Assembly (NCBI GenBank): GCA_017654855.1
Contig: CM030332.1
Location: forward strand, 1,612,001 to 1,676,000
Source: Podospora anserina
Lineage: Eukaryota
Direction: 5' to 3'
Length of the DNA: 64,000 nucleotides
The notes beneath the pieces were generated by a model that ran no database searches, was not told where the DNA came from, and saw only the letters and a program-made list of their open reading frames with translations. The translations under genes were made by a program, and so were the position numbers. Numbering within the stretch: the stretch's first letter is position 1; the number at the start of each line of letters is the position of its first letter. Below are positions 28,574 to 42,225 of the stretch, one piece after another.

Positions 28574-29340
28574 TCAGCCAAGCTTCTGAAGGTAGCCCTG
28601 GGCGATCAGGCGCTCAACATCTCCTTGCCGAACATAGAACTGGCTGTTCTTGGTGAGATTGATAGCCCTACGCGGTTGTTAGTCTCATGACATGCATGCG
28701 GGACCATCCGCGGAGATCAGCATGCCTACCCGTATTCGGTCTGGATCTCACCCGCATCTTTGAGCACCCGCACGTCAATGAAGAGATCTCTGGGCGGCTC
28801 GAGGCTGCCAGTTAGGTCAATATCTGTCCACTGGCCCTTGTAGGCCGCGAGGAGGTCGCCGTATTGTCGAACATAGTCCTCCTCTTGTGGGCTCAGACTG
28901 CTACTCGCCCCACCATCGGCCGCGGCAGTTGCGCCATTGGCACCACCTCCCGCTTGCTGGCCAGCGAGGTCCAGGACATCTGACCCGTTCCATACCAGCT
29001 CCTCCAGCTTATCTGTCCTGGTGCGGTGGTAGGCAAGGAGGCACCGCTTGTTTCTCCGCATAGACAGATGGTTGACCAGTAGGGTGCAAGCCGTGGACTG
29101 GTCTGCAGAGGGGTCAAATGACCCCTGAAAAGGTTCGAGGAGGCTGGCCACGTCCTTGTCCAAATCTCGCACCTCACGTGTCACGGCGCGGACGAGCTCT
29201 GTCTGGTATGGTGGCAGGTGGGCGAGGTTCTGCATGCGTTTGGCGTGTTGCACCTATCAGATGTGTGAGTGGGTGTTAAAGTCACTGATGAGACGTTTCT
29301 CACTTACCAATTTGTTGCCCTGGTCTCCGTACATCGGCAT
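28574..29340 (-). CDS. PSF1: GINS complex subunit Psf1; exons ~29340-29308, 29253-28730, 28667-28574
   Basis: MYGDQGNKLVQHAKR; RRNKRCLLAYHRTR; DIDLTGSLEPPRDLFIDVRVLKDAGEIQTEYGAINLTKNSQFYVRQGDVERLIAQGYLQKL. Confidence 0.95.
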
Positions 29341-29475
29341 CTTGGATAAGTTGGCGAGTTTTATTTGGAGTCGTAGTGAGAAGTAAGAGATTTGGCTCAA
29401 GTGAAAGGCTCCTCTAGATTTTGTTGTACTTGGTTGTGAGAAGAAGAGTGGTGAGAGTGAGAAACCAAGTGGAAG

Positions 29476-29540
29476 TCGCGCCGCGTCGGGCTCCCATTTA
29501 GGTGGTCTGTGTAAGAGACATGATTGGGTATTTGACGCGA
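29476..29540. promoter_or_regulatory. MCB-like CGCG elements upstream of PSF1
   Basis: tcgcgccgcgtc and gacgcga within ~200 bp of the start codon of a replication gene; function inferred. Confidence 0.3.
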
Positions 29541-30670
29541 TAGTCCCACTTTAATTGAACCTCGACGATCTCCAGTGTGAAGATATCAGATGAGCAATGA
29601 AAACAGTCTTCGAGGTCTATTGCTCTCAGGCAAGGTTGAGATAGATTTGCGTATACATAGAGATTTGGATTCGACTACTGCCAGCTATGTTGGTCACTGG
29701 CAAAGTCTCGGCAAAGTCCAGAGAACGATAATTGACATACGAGGACATTAGTCTGGAGGTCCTCAAATCACTAGTCATGAGACGAAGTTTGTGACTTCAA
29801 AAATGTATTTCTTCTATAACCATGGCACATCCAAGCTCGCCGAAAGATCACACACAGGCATGTGTCAACCGAAACTAGATTCTTTTGCCACGACAAGCAC
29901 TCAATCTCGGTAGTTTTCTCGACTTCGCGATGACTTGATAATCGGATCTCTGAACAAATCGTTCGTCTGATTTGAGCCTCGATAGTCTTGTTCTTACTAT
30001 GGAAGCAACATGTTAGCACGAAGCTTTAGATCTTGCTAACGAGTATTGCGACAGAGAGTAGGTATCAAGTCAGAACGCATTTGCATGCTGGGTTTCGTCG
30101 TCATCTGCGGGGTCTTAAGCCGCTAGGCAACACGGACCAAAATTGATCATCATGAGAGAAGGAGAGGTAAAAGAGCAAGGAAGGTGCTGATAACTTACCC
30201 ATACGACAGTGTCACGACTGCTGCTGGCAATGCGATATTCATCTGTTGCAATTGACAGCAGCAGTCACCCAGAAGACCGTTGAAGCCATCCAGGTCAAAA
30301 AGATACTGGAGGTCGAAGTGGAAATGTCGGTCGCGACTCCAGAAAAATGTTTCCAGGAAGAATTTGTCGAAACTTCGAAATTGCAGCTTAAAAAAGCAGA
30401 ATGCTGGTGCACAGACCACACAAGCTCAATATCCACTTGTTGCAGCGTTAAGCTCCGATAAGATAAAGCCTTTATGTGGGGCCATGATGGAATCACCGAG
30501 AGCTTTCGAGCTCCCAGACTGAGCTTCTCTATCAGTAAACAGACTTGCCACTGGTGTCTGTCTACAAAGACGTTAAATTCAACGGGAGGCTCGGTCGGCA
30601 AACCCAATTTGAACTCTGTTGCCCGGCGACAACAACGTTGGAAAACGCAAAACATACAAAACAAACCACC

Positions 30671-33082
30671 ATGCAAGCACGATCACGGCTACTAACAGCA
30701 GCCTCTCGGCGCATGGCTGCCGTGTCGAGGGGGGCTACCCGACAGCGACAATTTCCCCAAGCCCTCGCTACAACCACACCGCAGACGGCAGCTCTGGTAA
30801 ACTCACTACGGCTAGTGCCATCTGTGGCAGCTCGGCACTATTCCAATGGCAGACCGCACCCACCGGGCGGTACTCACCGCATGAACATGGGAGGCGAGCC
30901 GGAGAAGCCTGCTCTGGAACAATACGGCGTTGACTTGACGGCAAAGGCAAGGGATGGAAAGCTTGATCCCGTTATTGGCAGATCGGCCGAGATTCAGCGA
31001 ACGATACAAATTCTATCGAGAAGGACAAAGAACAACCCGGTGCTTATCGGTAATGCTGGTGTAGGCAAGACGGCGATTCTGGAGGGGCTGGCCCTGGAAA
31101 TCGTACGGGGGGCTGTTCCGGAGAGCATCAAGAACAAAAGGGTCATCAGTCTGGACCTTGGCTCGCTCATCGCGGGAGCCAAGTTCAGGGGTGACTTTGA
31201 GGAGAGGTTGAAGAAGGTGTTGACCGAGGTGGAACAGGCGAATGGGGAAGTTATCCTCTTCATCGATGAGCTTCACACCCTTCTGGGTCTTGGAAAGGCC
31301 GAAGGGTCTATCGACGCTTCTAATCTCTTGAAACCCGCCCTTTCAAGAGGTGAGCTTCAGTGCTGCGGCGCTACGACCCTCGCGGAATACCGTCTAATCG
31401 AAAAGGACGTCGCTCTCGCGCGGAGATTCCAACCCATCATTGTCAGCGAGCCAACAGTCCAAGATACCATCAGCATTCTGCGAGGTATCAAGGACAAGTA
31501 CGAGGTGCACCATGGTGTCCGCATCACTGACGGTGCCCTGGTCGCCGCAGCTACTTATTCCAACCGCTACATCACCGACCGTTTCCTCCCAGACAAGGCA
31601 ATCGACCTGATGGATGAGGCAGCAAGCTCTCTCAGACTGCAGCAAGAGAGCAAGCCAGACGACATCCAACGCCTCGACCAAAAGATCATGACCATCCAGA
31701 TCGAGCTCGAAAGCTTGCGCAAGGAAAAGGACATTGCAAGCAAGGAACGACGTGAAAAACTCGAGGCTGATCTGAAGACGTACGAAGATGAAGTCAAGGT
31801 TCTGACCGAGAAGTGGGAAAAGGAAAAGGCCGAGCTCGACGCCATCAAGCAAGCCCAAGCCGAGCTCGACAGAGCCAGAGTCGAACTTGAAGTTGCCCAA
31901 CGCGTTGGCAATTTTGGCCGCGCATCGGAGCTCCGCTTCGGCATCATCCCTCAGCTGGAACAAAAGCTCCCCAAGGAAGACGAGAAGAAGAGCGAGACGA
32001 CCCTGATCCATGACTCTGTCACGGCAGATGACATCGCCAACGTCGTGTCCCGCATCACGGGCATCCCAATTTCCAAGCTCACCTCTGGCCACACCGAACG
32101 CCTGATCCACATGGAGGACATCCTACGGGAATCCATCCGCGGCCAAGACGAAGCCCTCAAAGCCGTCGCCGACGCCGTCCGGATGCAGCGCGCCGGGCTC
32201 AGCGGGGAGAACCGCCCCCTGGCATCCTTCTTCTTCTTGGGGCCTACCGGTGTAGGCAAAACAGAACTCTGCAAGAAACTAGCCGGTTTCCTCTTCTCGA
32301 CCGAGTCGGCCGTAGTCAGGTTTGACATGTCGGAGTTCCAGGAGAAGCACACGATTTCTCGTCTGATCGGTGCTCCCTCTGGATACGTCGGGTACGAGGA
32401 CGCGGGTCAGCTCACGGAAGCCGTCAGGAGGAAACCCTACGCCGTCCTCCTCTTTGATGAATTCGAAAAAGCCCACCGTGACATCTCGGCTCTGCTCCTC
32501 CAAGTCCTTGACGAAGGCTACCTCACCGACGCCCAGGGCCACAAGGTCGACTTTAAGAATACCATCATCGTGCTCACCTCCAACCTGGGCGCTGAGATCC
32601 TGGTGGGAGCGGACATGCTCCACCCTTACAAGGAGACTCCGGACGGGGACATCCACCCCGACGTCAAACGTGCCGTCATGGACGTTGTTCACTCCCAATA
32701 CCCGCCCGAGTTCCTCAACAGGATCGACAGCTTTATTATTTTCAAGAGGCTGGCGCTGGAGGCGCTGAGGGATATTGTGGATATTCGGCTGAAGGAGCTG
32801 CAGCAGAGGCTGGACGACAGACGGATCACGCTCGAGGTTCCGGGGGATGTGAGGCAGTGGTTGGCGGAGAGGGGGTATGATCCCAAGTTTGGGGCGAGGC
32901 CGCTGAACAGGTTGATCACGACGGAGATTGGGAACGGGCTGGCGGATAAGATTATCAGGGGGGAGATTAGGAAGGGGGATCATGCGGTTGTGAGGGTGAA
33001 TGAGGAGAAGACGGGGTTGGTGATTGAGGGGCAGCCTGGGAAGGGGGAGGAGGGTCGAAAGGAGGAAGGGAAGGAGAAGTAA
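30671..33082 (+). CDS. HSP78: Mitochondrial ClpB-family disaggregase Hsp78, intronless
   Basis: Arg-rich presequence [14 protein letters not shown]; no ClpB N-domain; Walker A motifs GNAGVGKT and [30 protein letters not shown]. Confidence 0.95.
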   Translation: MQARSRLLTAASRRMAAVSRGATRQRQFPQALATTTPQTAALVNSLRLVPSVAARHYSNGRPHPPGGTHRMNMGGEPEKPALEQYGVDLTAKARDGKLDPVIGRSAEIQRTIQILSRRTKNNPVLIGNAGVGKTAILEGLALEIVRGAVPESIKNKRVISLDLGSLIAGAKFRGDFEERLKKVLTEVEQANGEVILFIDELHTLLGLGKAEGSIDASNLLKPALSRGELQCCGATTLAEYRLIEKDVALARRFQPIIVSEPTVQDTISILRGIKDKYEVHHGVRITDGALVAAATYSNRYITDRFLPDKAIDLMDEAASSLRLQQESKPDDIQRLDQKIMTIQIELESLRKEKDIASKERREKLEADLKTYEDEVKVLTEKWEKEKAELDAIKQAQAELDRARVELEVAQRVGNFGRASELRFGIIPQLEQKLPKEDEKKSETTLIHDSVTADDIANVVSRITGIPISKLTSGHTERLIHMEDILRESIRGQDEALKAVADAVRMQRAGLSGENRPLASFFFLGPTGVGKTELCKKLAGFLFSTESAVVRFDMSEFQEKHTISRLIGAPSGYVGYEDAGQLTEAVRRKPYAVLLFDEFEKAHRDISALLLQVLDEGYLTDAQGHKVDFKNTIIVLTSNLGAEILVGADMLHPYKETPDGDIHPDVKRAVMDVVHSQYPPEFLNRIDSFIIFKRLALEALRDIVDIRLKELQQRLDDRRITLEVPGDVRQWLAERGYDPKFGARPLNRLITTEIGNGLADKIIRGEIRKGDHAVVRVNEEKTGLVIEGQPGKGEEGRKEEGKEK

Positions 33083-34333
33083 ACAACAGTTGTGGGTAAA
33101 GGGGAGAAAAGTGTAAGTTTGTTGTGCAAGAAAAGTTACAGATGAAGACGCCGCTCCATCGTTTAACAGGAGATAAGGGGGGCGTGTCCATGCATGAGTT
33201 ATGGCGCTGGGAATGTATATCATGGTAGCATTTTGGAAGGGGGTGGGTTGGTTTTTGGACTTTGTATATTTTTGTATCATCATATTGTAGATTGGGAAAT
33301 GAGACATGAGAACAAGCTGTGAATATTTTCCCTTGCCCTTGTAAATTCTGGTGGACGACACTTGGGGTTCTAGTCGTGCTCCACAAAGTACCTCAAGACA
33401 TAAGAATGAGCAAACAATGTGACAAGACAACCTTTCTTTGTGCCCCCCCAACCCTCACCGCGAGCAACCACCCTCACACGCTCACCTGCCCCATTTCGTC
33501 TTGAACAAACCAGACAAAGACAGCTCGATCCAAACTATGGAACCAAACTGGAGCTCGAAACCAATACCTGGAGCTAGCCAGTCAATTGCAGATGACGAAC
33601 CCATCTTTGTGTTGCGTGTGACCATCTAGGTAAACTTGAACCGCCGCCAGATGATGCCCAACTGTTACGTACGCTCACCTAGGCAACACTATTGCCATCA
33701 CACAATTCCTCATTTCGTTTGCACCATCCCAGCGTTATAAGCAAAACACAAATCGCATTACACCAAGCATGCTAGAGTACTCATAACAATCGTGTATAGG
33801 AGAGAGAAACAGAAAAGGGAAAAGCCAAGACTGGAAAAACGGAAAATCAAATTGATGATTAGCAACTGTGTTTACAGCCCCCGTAACACTCCTTGCACGC
33901 CCACCACTTCTCCCGAACAAAAACAACATCCATAACTTCCTCCCCGCTGTATAACGTATTCCCCCTTTTCATCCCTTCGCATCCTCGGCATATCATCAGA
34001 CGTAGACGTGGAGAGCCAGTTTGAGAAGGAGTCGGGGCGTTCGGGGAAGTAGCAGATGGACTGTTGTTCTCTCCTGACGATGTATCAAATTGTACAAGAT
34101 TCCAAGCCAATACGCCCCCTGTCTTTCCGAAAAGTGACCAAGTTTGAAAGAGAGTGTCGATTCTCCCTCTGCATCTTCTCATCGTGAACGGCTGTCACCA
34201 TAGAGGCAGCAACCGCCGTGTGTAATGTTCATGGACCAGTCGATCGTCTAAAATTGGGTATATTTGAGAGCACAATCGAACCATGCTTGACTGACCGGTG
34301 AAGGGGACCGGCCTGTGGTGTTCTGCGTTACAT

Positions 34334-35124
<791 letters not shown>

Positions 35125-35611
35125 TCACAAGGAGACTTTGGGTAACTGGGGTAGTAGTAGTTGTTATCTGGAAAGAGTGTTGTGTGAGCAGATAAGCAGC
35201 AAAAAGGGGCGTGATCAGATGCGGAGCTGAGAGCGTCGGTGAGGTTGGGAGAGCCGATGGTTGCGATACAAAGGAAGCCGGGAGGCAAAAGGTATAGAGA
35301 GCTGACCGATGGTCTGAGGACAGATATGCGGAGCGTTCCAGAGTTCGAGTCGGGCGTCCAGGCTTCCAACCTACAGCCTCGATGTCCCCAGTGCGTGCAA
35401 ACGGGAAGCGACAAATCGTCGAGTGAAGCGACGACTGCAGCGTCGAATTGGTCAGCAGCACGGGTTTCGATGGGCCAAGAGCCGCTGGGAGCAGTTGTCG
35501 TGATGATTGGAAGGCAGCGGGCGGCAGGCCGAGGCAGAAAGCCGATGCCGCGATGGATGCACAGACACACAGCACATACAGTCGAGTCGTCGGTGGTCGA
35601 GCTCCCCTTTC

Positions 35612-35636
35612 CTCTCTCTCTCTCTCTCTCTCTCTC
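35612..35636. repeat. (CT)n microsatellite upstream of ARF1
   Basis: About 12 CT units. Confidence 0.85.
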
Positions 35637-36401
35637 TTTTTAGGAGACGGGCAGGATAAAGAAAATGACTTACTATTCAAGGCGGTCCTCGAATATGGAT
35701 GGAGATGGCGACGCGGTTGTTTACCGTCGCGATGGGTGCTGGCTTATGATGCTATGATGGCGGTGTGGGAAGGGAAACTCTTTGGGGGGAACGGTTTGGA
35801 TTTTGAAAGTTGTTCTTGGGCTGGGCTGAGCTGAGCCGGGCACGGGACATGCAGCCAGTCCAGGGAACGCCAGTCCTGTCTTGCCCCTCTGGCACCGCAA
35901 GCCAGGGGACTTTGCTTCCAAAGGGTTAGGGGCGACGCACGGGCGCAGTCTGCGTGAATACCCACTGGCAACCTTATCACAAGCCCCTTTTAGGCACACC
36001 GTCAACGGTACTTTGCATGTACCCAGCCAGTGCGAGCCTCTGGAACAACATTGGACCGCGAAGTTGTTGCCTCTGAGGTGGCTCCGATTTTTCTCTTCAC
36101 AAGCCAACAGCCAACCCCCAACCCTGGAGCAGAGTTGTGGTAGCAAGGGCCCCTGTCACTGTGTTGTCGGCCTGCCAGGAGGAGCCGCTCTTGTTCGACC
36201 TGTGGACCACTCACACTCCACGCGGCCAGAATCGCCAAGGTGTCCCTTGAGACCAAAGTCCCGTCAGAAGAAGCCAGCACCGCGAAAATCTAGGGTGAAG
36301 CTCTAGCCATTTGCGAGTCCTTCCACGTCATCACCACCCCCCCAAACGATACGGATAACGACACCGACGGCGAGAGACCCCCCCGACCGACGATACACAC
36401 A

Positions 36402-37084
36402 ATGTTTCTGCGCACAGCAGCCAAGCTGCTGCTCTCAGCCAGCGTGCTGGTGAGCTCAGCTCTTGCACACAACATCCAGCTCCCAGCCCACGGGCGCGAA
36501 TGCTTCCACGAGAACCTGCACCGCGATGACAGGATGACGGTCACTTTCCAAGTTGGCGACAGGGAGTTCGGAAGCTCTGGCAATCTTGATATTGATTTCT
36601 GGGTATGTCTTGGTTCTCAATGGGCGGAAGGGGGAGCAGCCGACTAACCAAGTTTTGTTTCGATCCACAGATCACCAACCCTGTCGGCGGATTCGAAGTA
36701 AACGAAAAGTCCATCTCCAACGGCGACTTCTCCTTCGAGGCCAAGCATGACGGCAAGTACCTGTACTGCTTCGGCAACGAGCACTGGGGTGCCCACTCCA
36801 AAGAGGTCTCCTTCAACGTTCACGGCATCGTCTACGTCTCCGAGGCCGATGCCCCCCAGGATCCCCTCGAGGTGGAGGTGCGCAAGCTGTCAGAAATGCT
36901 GGAGCGGGTCAAGGATGAGCAGGGCTATATCATTGTTCGTGAGCGCACCCACCGTAACACGGCCGAGAGCACCAACAGCAGAGTCAAGTGGTGGAACTTG
37001 TTTGTTATCGGTATTGTCGTTGGCGAGAGCGTCTTCCAGGTCTGGTGGCTCAGGAGATTCTTTGAGGTCAAGCGGGTTGTTTAA
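36402..37084 (+). CDS. EMP24: p24/GOLD-domain cargo receptor Emp24 (p24-beta); exons 36402-36602, 36671-37084
   Basis: Signal peptide; GOLD cysteines (RECFHE, YLYCFGN); RERTHRNTAESTNSRVKWW; C-terminal TM and RRFFEVKRVV tail. Confidence 0.93.
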
Positions 37085-37629
37085 GGAGGAGGCAAAGCCT
37101 CGGGGTTTGCATTGCTCGAATAAATGCATATATACACCTTTACTACACGGGTTATCCATATTTTGGGCGCAGGATCTGGCAGTGCGGAATACGAAAGTGG
37201 ATTCAGGGGTAATTTTGTCTTTGGGGCTCATGAAGCACAGCAATGGTTTGATGTAAGAAGGAGAGGGTGTACCGTCACTGTCTGCCATGAAGGCACAGGT
37301 GCTTGTAGATGCAATGTCACGATAATTCATGATCTACCACTTTGTTTTTGGTTTCGGAGCGCTGCTGATCGCATGGAGTGCCCAGTGGCTAGAAAAGGCC
37401 ATCTCTTTTCACTGGTCACGCTGCTGGACCATCAGTCAAACAAGCATTTTCAATCATGTACAGCAGATTCATTCATCTACTCGTCTAGAAACAGATCTTT
37501 GCTCATGCTCTTCATATGCCAACAGAAGCAGGTAAACCAATTATATCCCCAACGCCGTCGGAAACCCAACCAAAGTAGGTAATCAAGGAAACCACCCATG
37601 TATAATATCCTCCCCTCTCCATGGGTATC

Positions 37630-40317
37630 TCAAGCAGAAGGATCAACCTCCACAAAAACCTCATCCTCCTCCCTCCTATGCTCCTCCACCGGCAACTCCA
37701 CCTCCTTCACCGGGTGCAACAACATGGGCGGTAAACACATCCTCCCCTCCCCACCTCTCATCCCCCCGGGCGTCTTCTCATCCTTTGTCCCAGTCTCGTC
37801 CACCTCCAACTCGAACTGTTCCCCCCCATCATTATTCACCTTGAGCCCCATCCACCGTCTATACAAATTCCCACTAAACCCCGCGTTGTAGAACCACGTC
37901 AGCCCCCTCATGTTGTGCTCCTTGTCACCGTAAACCGATGTCCTGCCCCCACCAGAGGCACCATTCCTCCCCCCGTTGAGGACCCGTGCGAGGTAATCCG
38001 CCGGCCAGGCTCTGTCGACAAACACAGGGTGAGGTGCATACACAGCCTTAAACCCGTGGTGAAGCGCCATCGTGGCTGGCCACATTTCCGGAAACGCGTG
38101 GTGTTTCTTGAAGGCTGTCTCCCTGTGCATGAGAAGGAGTAGTCGTCTTGACATTCTAGACGCGGTGATGATCTGAGCTCTTCTCGGCGGGAGGCCACGT
38201 TGGGTGTTGTACCCCGTGATATCACTCGCCAGCTTCCAGGATGTTCCCTCGGGATCGAAAATGGGCGACAAGGTAATGAGATCGGGCTCTTCCCCGACGC
38301 CCCAGGTATATTTATCCCTTTCGTAAGAAGTAGGCGGGACAGGGTCGTGCTCGTGCTCGAACCAATCTTTGGGATCTTCTGGCCGCAAGGGACCCCAGAC
38401 CGAGCTTTCGGTTTGGGGTTTTGTCACTGGGGGAGAGGGGGATTTGATGGAGCCGGGGAGTTTATCCCACATGTTATCTGCCGTCACGGTCCCGTGCTCG
38501 GTTTGGACGCGGGCCATTTGCTTGAAGTCCTCCCATGAGCCGTGGACATAAGGCATGTAGAACCTGCTGTTGCGCTCCCAGAGGCCTTTTCGAGGTTGGG
38601 TTTTGGACCAATTCTCGAGCTTGGTCAGGAGGTCGTAGTAGTGGCCTGTGTAACGGATGTCCATTTCCCATTGCCAAAAGTACTCGTATTCCGGGTGGTT
38701 GTAGGCGAAGTGCTGCATGGCCATTTGGAGGCCGCGGTAGGAGCCGTGGACGGGGAGGTCGGGACCGCGGGTGAAGAGGTCGACGATGCCTTGGTAGACG
38801 GCGAGCATTTGGGTTTGGGACCAGAGGGTGGCGATGCCGCGGAACTCTTCGGGGACGGTCTCGTTAATGCGGGCGCGGTAGGCTTCGTCGTCGGCCCAGA
38901 CGGGGTTGCGGGCGTCGTTGCGGACTTGGACGAGGAGGTGAACGTCGTAGCGGCCGCCAGAAGCAAGAGAGAGCTCGGCGATGAGGGCGCGGAGGTTGAG
39001 GATGTCTTCCTCCTTCCACTGAAACTCATCCCAGCAGCGGAGGACGACAGCGGTGCGAGGGAGGTCGCCTTGGGGATTTTCCTGCAGAGGTTTCTCTTCC
39101 TCTGTCGCAGTCTTGTTATGTCCGGCCGCGGTAGGCCTGACGCTCTCAACCACGGGCGTCTTGGCCTCGCGCGCAGCGAGTTTCGCACCCCTAATTCCAT
39201 CCCCAATATAGAACCCACTCGGCGCCGCCTCCTTCCTCACCAAAGGCTTATACCTTTTGGCGTTGGCTTCATAACACCGTCTCTGCGCATCCGCCCAGTC
39301 GACCCTCCTATAATCCACCTCCTGCCCCGTCCCCCGAAACTCCCCCGCCCCCTCCCTGTCCCCGTGCTCGCCCACCCCAAGCCCCCCCTTCTTAATAGAA
39401 TACCCATACCCATAAGGCCCATACCTCCCAAACCTCTCAAAGCACACATCCTCCGGCAACGCCAAAAGCTCATAACTCCCCAGCACATTGTCCGGAAACC
39501 CATCCGGCCTCCCCTCCAGATACCTCACCCCAGGAACTTTTACTTTCCCCCCTCCCACCTCCAAAAAACACTCCTCCACCTCCCCCTTCTGGGGCAAAAC
39601 ACCCCCCTTGTACCCCTCAAACCCCTTACTCTCAGGCACCCCCTTCCCCGCCCTTGTCCCCTCCCCCCCATCCCAGCCCTTTTCCTCTCCTAATCTCGGA
39701 TACTCAGGCACATTCCCCTCCAACCCAACCAACCTCCTCACCCCCCCGTAATACCTCGTCAAAAAATCAAATTGCTCCCACACCGCAGGAACGGGCTTTT
39801 TAATTGCTTCCGTCTTCCCCTCCGCGATCCGTTTATTTTCTAGTTGCGACGCGCGGATGAGGCCAAAGATGAAGATTACTATGGTTGACATCATCAAGAT
39901 GCACAGCCAGCGAATAACCTTGTTCGGGAGACGGTATAGAAACCTTGGCCGGGCTACTGGCCCCCTCCGTAGGGTTTTACGATGCCCATGTTTGGGGAGG
40001 AGCATGTTTATTGTTGAGGTGCGGCGGGGGGAGTCTGGGGATGATGAGCTGGGGGAGGTGGTGGGGTAGTCGCTGTCGTCGTCGGCTTCGGAGCCGGAGG
40101 AGGAGGGGGAGAGTTCAGAGTCGGAGTAGCGCTCTTTGGTTGTTGCTGCTGCTGCTGTTGTTGTTGTTGGGGAGCGGAGGGGGCGGCGGGAGGAGGATGT
40201 GCTGAAGGAGTGTTTATGGTGTTTTGGGGGGACTTCCTTGTATAAAGGGAGTTTGTTGTTGTTGTTAAGGTCGCTTCCTCGTGGGCGGAGGGGGTTGAGG
40301 CTGGAGAGGAGACCCAT
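37630..40317 (-). CDS. Fungal type II membrane protein of the DUF3405 family (about 895 aa from MGLLSS); probable 5'-UTR intron ~40403-40335
   Basis: TM helix WLCILMMSTIVIFIFGLI; motifs RTAVVLR, LRALIAELSLASGGRYDVHLLV, FWQWEMDIRYTG, PEMWPATMALHHG, LPPMLLHPVK recalled as typical of DUF3405. Confidence 0.8.
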   Translation of the reverse strand: MGLLSSLNPLRPRGSDLNNNNKLPLYKEVPPKHHKHSFSTSSSRRPLRSPTTTTAAAATTKERYSDSELSPSSSGSEADDDSDYPTTSPSSSSPDSPRRTSTINMLLPKHGHRKTLRRGPVARPRFLYRLPNKVIRWLCILMMSTIVIFIFGLIRASQLENKRIAEGKTEAIKKPVPAVWEQFDFLTRYYGGVRRLVGLEGNVPEYPRLGEEKGWDGGEGTRAGKGVPESKGFEGYKGGVLPQKGEVEECFLEVGGGKVKVPGVRYLEGRPDGFPDNVLGSYELLALPEDVCFERFGRYGPYGYGYSIKKGGLGVGEHGDREGAGEFRGTGQEVDYRRVDWADAQRRCYEANAKRYKPLVRKEAAPSGFYIGDGIRGAKLAAREAKTPVVESVRPTAAGHNKTATEEEKPLQENPQGDLPRTAVVLRCWDEFQWKEEDILNLRALIAELSLASGGRYDVHLLVQVRNDARNPVWADDEAYRARINETVPEEFRGIATLWSQTQMLAVYQGIVDLFTRGPDLPVHGSYRGLQMAMQHFAYNHPEYEYFWQWEMDIRYTGHYYDLLTKLENWSKTQPRKGLWERNSRFYMPYVHGSWEDFKQMARVQTEHGTVTADNMWDKLPGSIKSPSPPVTKPQTESSVWGPLRPEDPKDWFEHEHDPVPPTSYERDKYTWGVGEEPDLITLSPIFDPEGTSWKLASDITGYNTQRGLPPRRAQIITASRMSRRLLLLMHRETAFKKHHAFPEMWPATMALHHGFKAVYAPHPVFVDRAWPADYLARVLNGGRNGASGGGRTSVYGDKEHNMRGLTWFYNAGFSGNLYRRWMGLKVNNDGGEQFELEVDETGTKDEKTPGGMRGGEGRMCLPPMLLHPVKEVELPVEEHRREEDEVFVEVDPSA

Positions 40318-42225
40318 TTTAGGGTAGGTTTGAGGACTGGAGGGGTTGGGGGGGTTAGTTGAGGGTTTGAAGGGGGGGAATAGCTTCAGAAATGGGTGCT
40401 TACCTGAAAAACAGACCAGACGATCCGAGTCTACGAGACTCCCTCGCTGAGGCTTTGCAATCAGATGCCAATTGTCGCCATACACTCTTGTGTTTGTCCA
40501 AAACCGAATCCAACAAAGAAATGTGTCGAGTTTTGCCTGTTGGGCGTTGTTGATACTGCCCGATAAGATTTCAAAAGTCAACAATGAACAATTGACAGTC
40601 AAAAGGCAGTTCAACCCGTGCCGGTGGATATCGTGGGCTTCCCGAAGTATGTACGATCAACAAGCGTGCATAAGCTCCATTGAATATATTTCTGGGGAGC
40701 TGCTGCAGGATGCACTTCAACAAGTTGGATTGCCATGACGGGCGGTGTTGTGACCCCCCGCACTGATTGGTCGTCTGAATGCTGTTGTGAGCAGCATCGC
40801 GTGTTGCTCGGCAACGGGGGGCTCTCGGACAGGGGTTTGGACCTTGGTTATCGTGGGGTAAGCGCCAGCCAAGGCTAGCTTGGCTTGTCCAACTTTGATG
40901 TGATCACGATTTGGATGGACTTTGGGAAGTGAAGCATCTTTTTTTTTTTGAAGATATCGCATGGTTCTGCCTGAGGCTTTCAATTGATACTCGGTAAAGG
41001 TTCGCGAGACAGGATCGGTTCCAAAGTGCTGGGAGCGGGCGCATTCCAAAGCTCGTGTTAGTGTGGAATCTGTAGAGAACACGCTGTTCTCATCACAGTG
41101 GTGACTCATGGTAAAATGATAGTTTCAGCTCACGATCTACTAGCATGGTTTACTGTGGTGAAGATAAGATGAAAGAATGAGATGGAAGTCATTTCTCGTC
41201 TGAGGTTCTGCGATCTGTCTTTTTTCGTATTGTAAGAGTCATCCATTGTGTGAGCTGGCCGGCGGCTAGCATGAGCATAGGGCCGTTGAGGGTTAGAGCT
41301 CATCTCCATTGAGAACAAGATGAACCTTCGTTGTGATGATCCCGTTTTTGGGAACTGAGATGTGTCTTTTTCAAGAAATGAAAGAGTCATCGGTGGGTTG
41401 CTGGTGTGTGTGTGTTGGCCTGGGCTGGGGCGGTTTGAGGATGCGGCAAAGCGGATGAGGACGATAAGTCCGAGGTGTGACCTTGGACTTTAGAGACCAA
41501 CTTTAAAGGTCAGAAAGAGAAAAACCTAGGGCCTCAGATGCTTAAATTTTGAAAAATTGTGCCTGTTCTGTCGGATGTGAATGAAGTAGTTGGTGCTCCA
41601 GTGTCTGAATCGGTCAGGTCAGGGGTGAAAGGTCACGTACATGGCTGAATATGGGACAATCGCAGTTCAGCAAAGTATCTGAAGCTTCTGACAACCATAA
41701 TCAAGTGCAAATACCGAGCTAAGCCCTGTACCTGGATCCCTACCACCGATCTACCCACACTGCCGGATCCGAATGGCAGGGCTGGGGGAGGCAGTGGTCG
41801 CAGAGGGGGAGGGTTGTTATGGTGGTAGGCCAGCTTCGACCCGCGCAGCTAGGTTCATGGTTTCAGACCCGGACCAGAACATTGGCATCTGTGACTCTTT
41901 CTCGTATTCCTGGTTTCAACAGAGGACTATGTGTTCTGTACTGAGTTCTCGTTGAATCCAGCATCTTCTGATGAGGCCGATTGTGAGGTCTGTAACCGGG
42001 AGGTATCATGCTGTGCCATCATCCATGATGTTGACAGATTGTCAGAAGTTGAATGGCGGCTTCGATTGGTTTTGTTATAACAGCTTCACACCTCAGGCTT
42101 TCTTGTCATCAGTATACCTTCCCCACTCATACCCATTGTTTATACATATCACTTCAATCTTGGGGATTCAGAAGATAGGTACCTACCACAAGTCCAACAA
42201 CTCGTAACAGCATCAACCTCACAAG

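Noticed and set aside
30340-30380. Possible heat-shock element upstream of HSP78
   Set aside because: Only two correctly spaced nGAAn units (GAAacTTC); too weak to call
29771-30522. Short ORFs with intron-like signals between PSF1 and HSP78
   Set aside because: No coherent spliced reading frame could be assembled
30545-30670. In-frame upstream extension of HSP78 from a TTG
   Set aside because: The ATG at 30671 has a good context (ACCACCATG) and begins a typical mitochondrial presequence
32279-33451. 390-aa minus-strand ORF
   Set aside because: Mostly antisense to HSP78 and its 3' UTR; not protein-like
38542-39693. 383-aa plus-strand ORF
   Set aside because: Antisense shadow of the DUF3405 gene; its Pro-rich half mirrors the G-rich sense strand
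40717-41390. Two short minus-strand ORFs upstream of the DUF3405 gene
   Set aside because: No motifs or codon bias; probably non-coding
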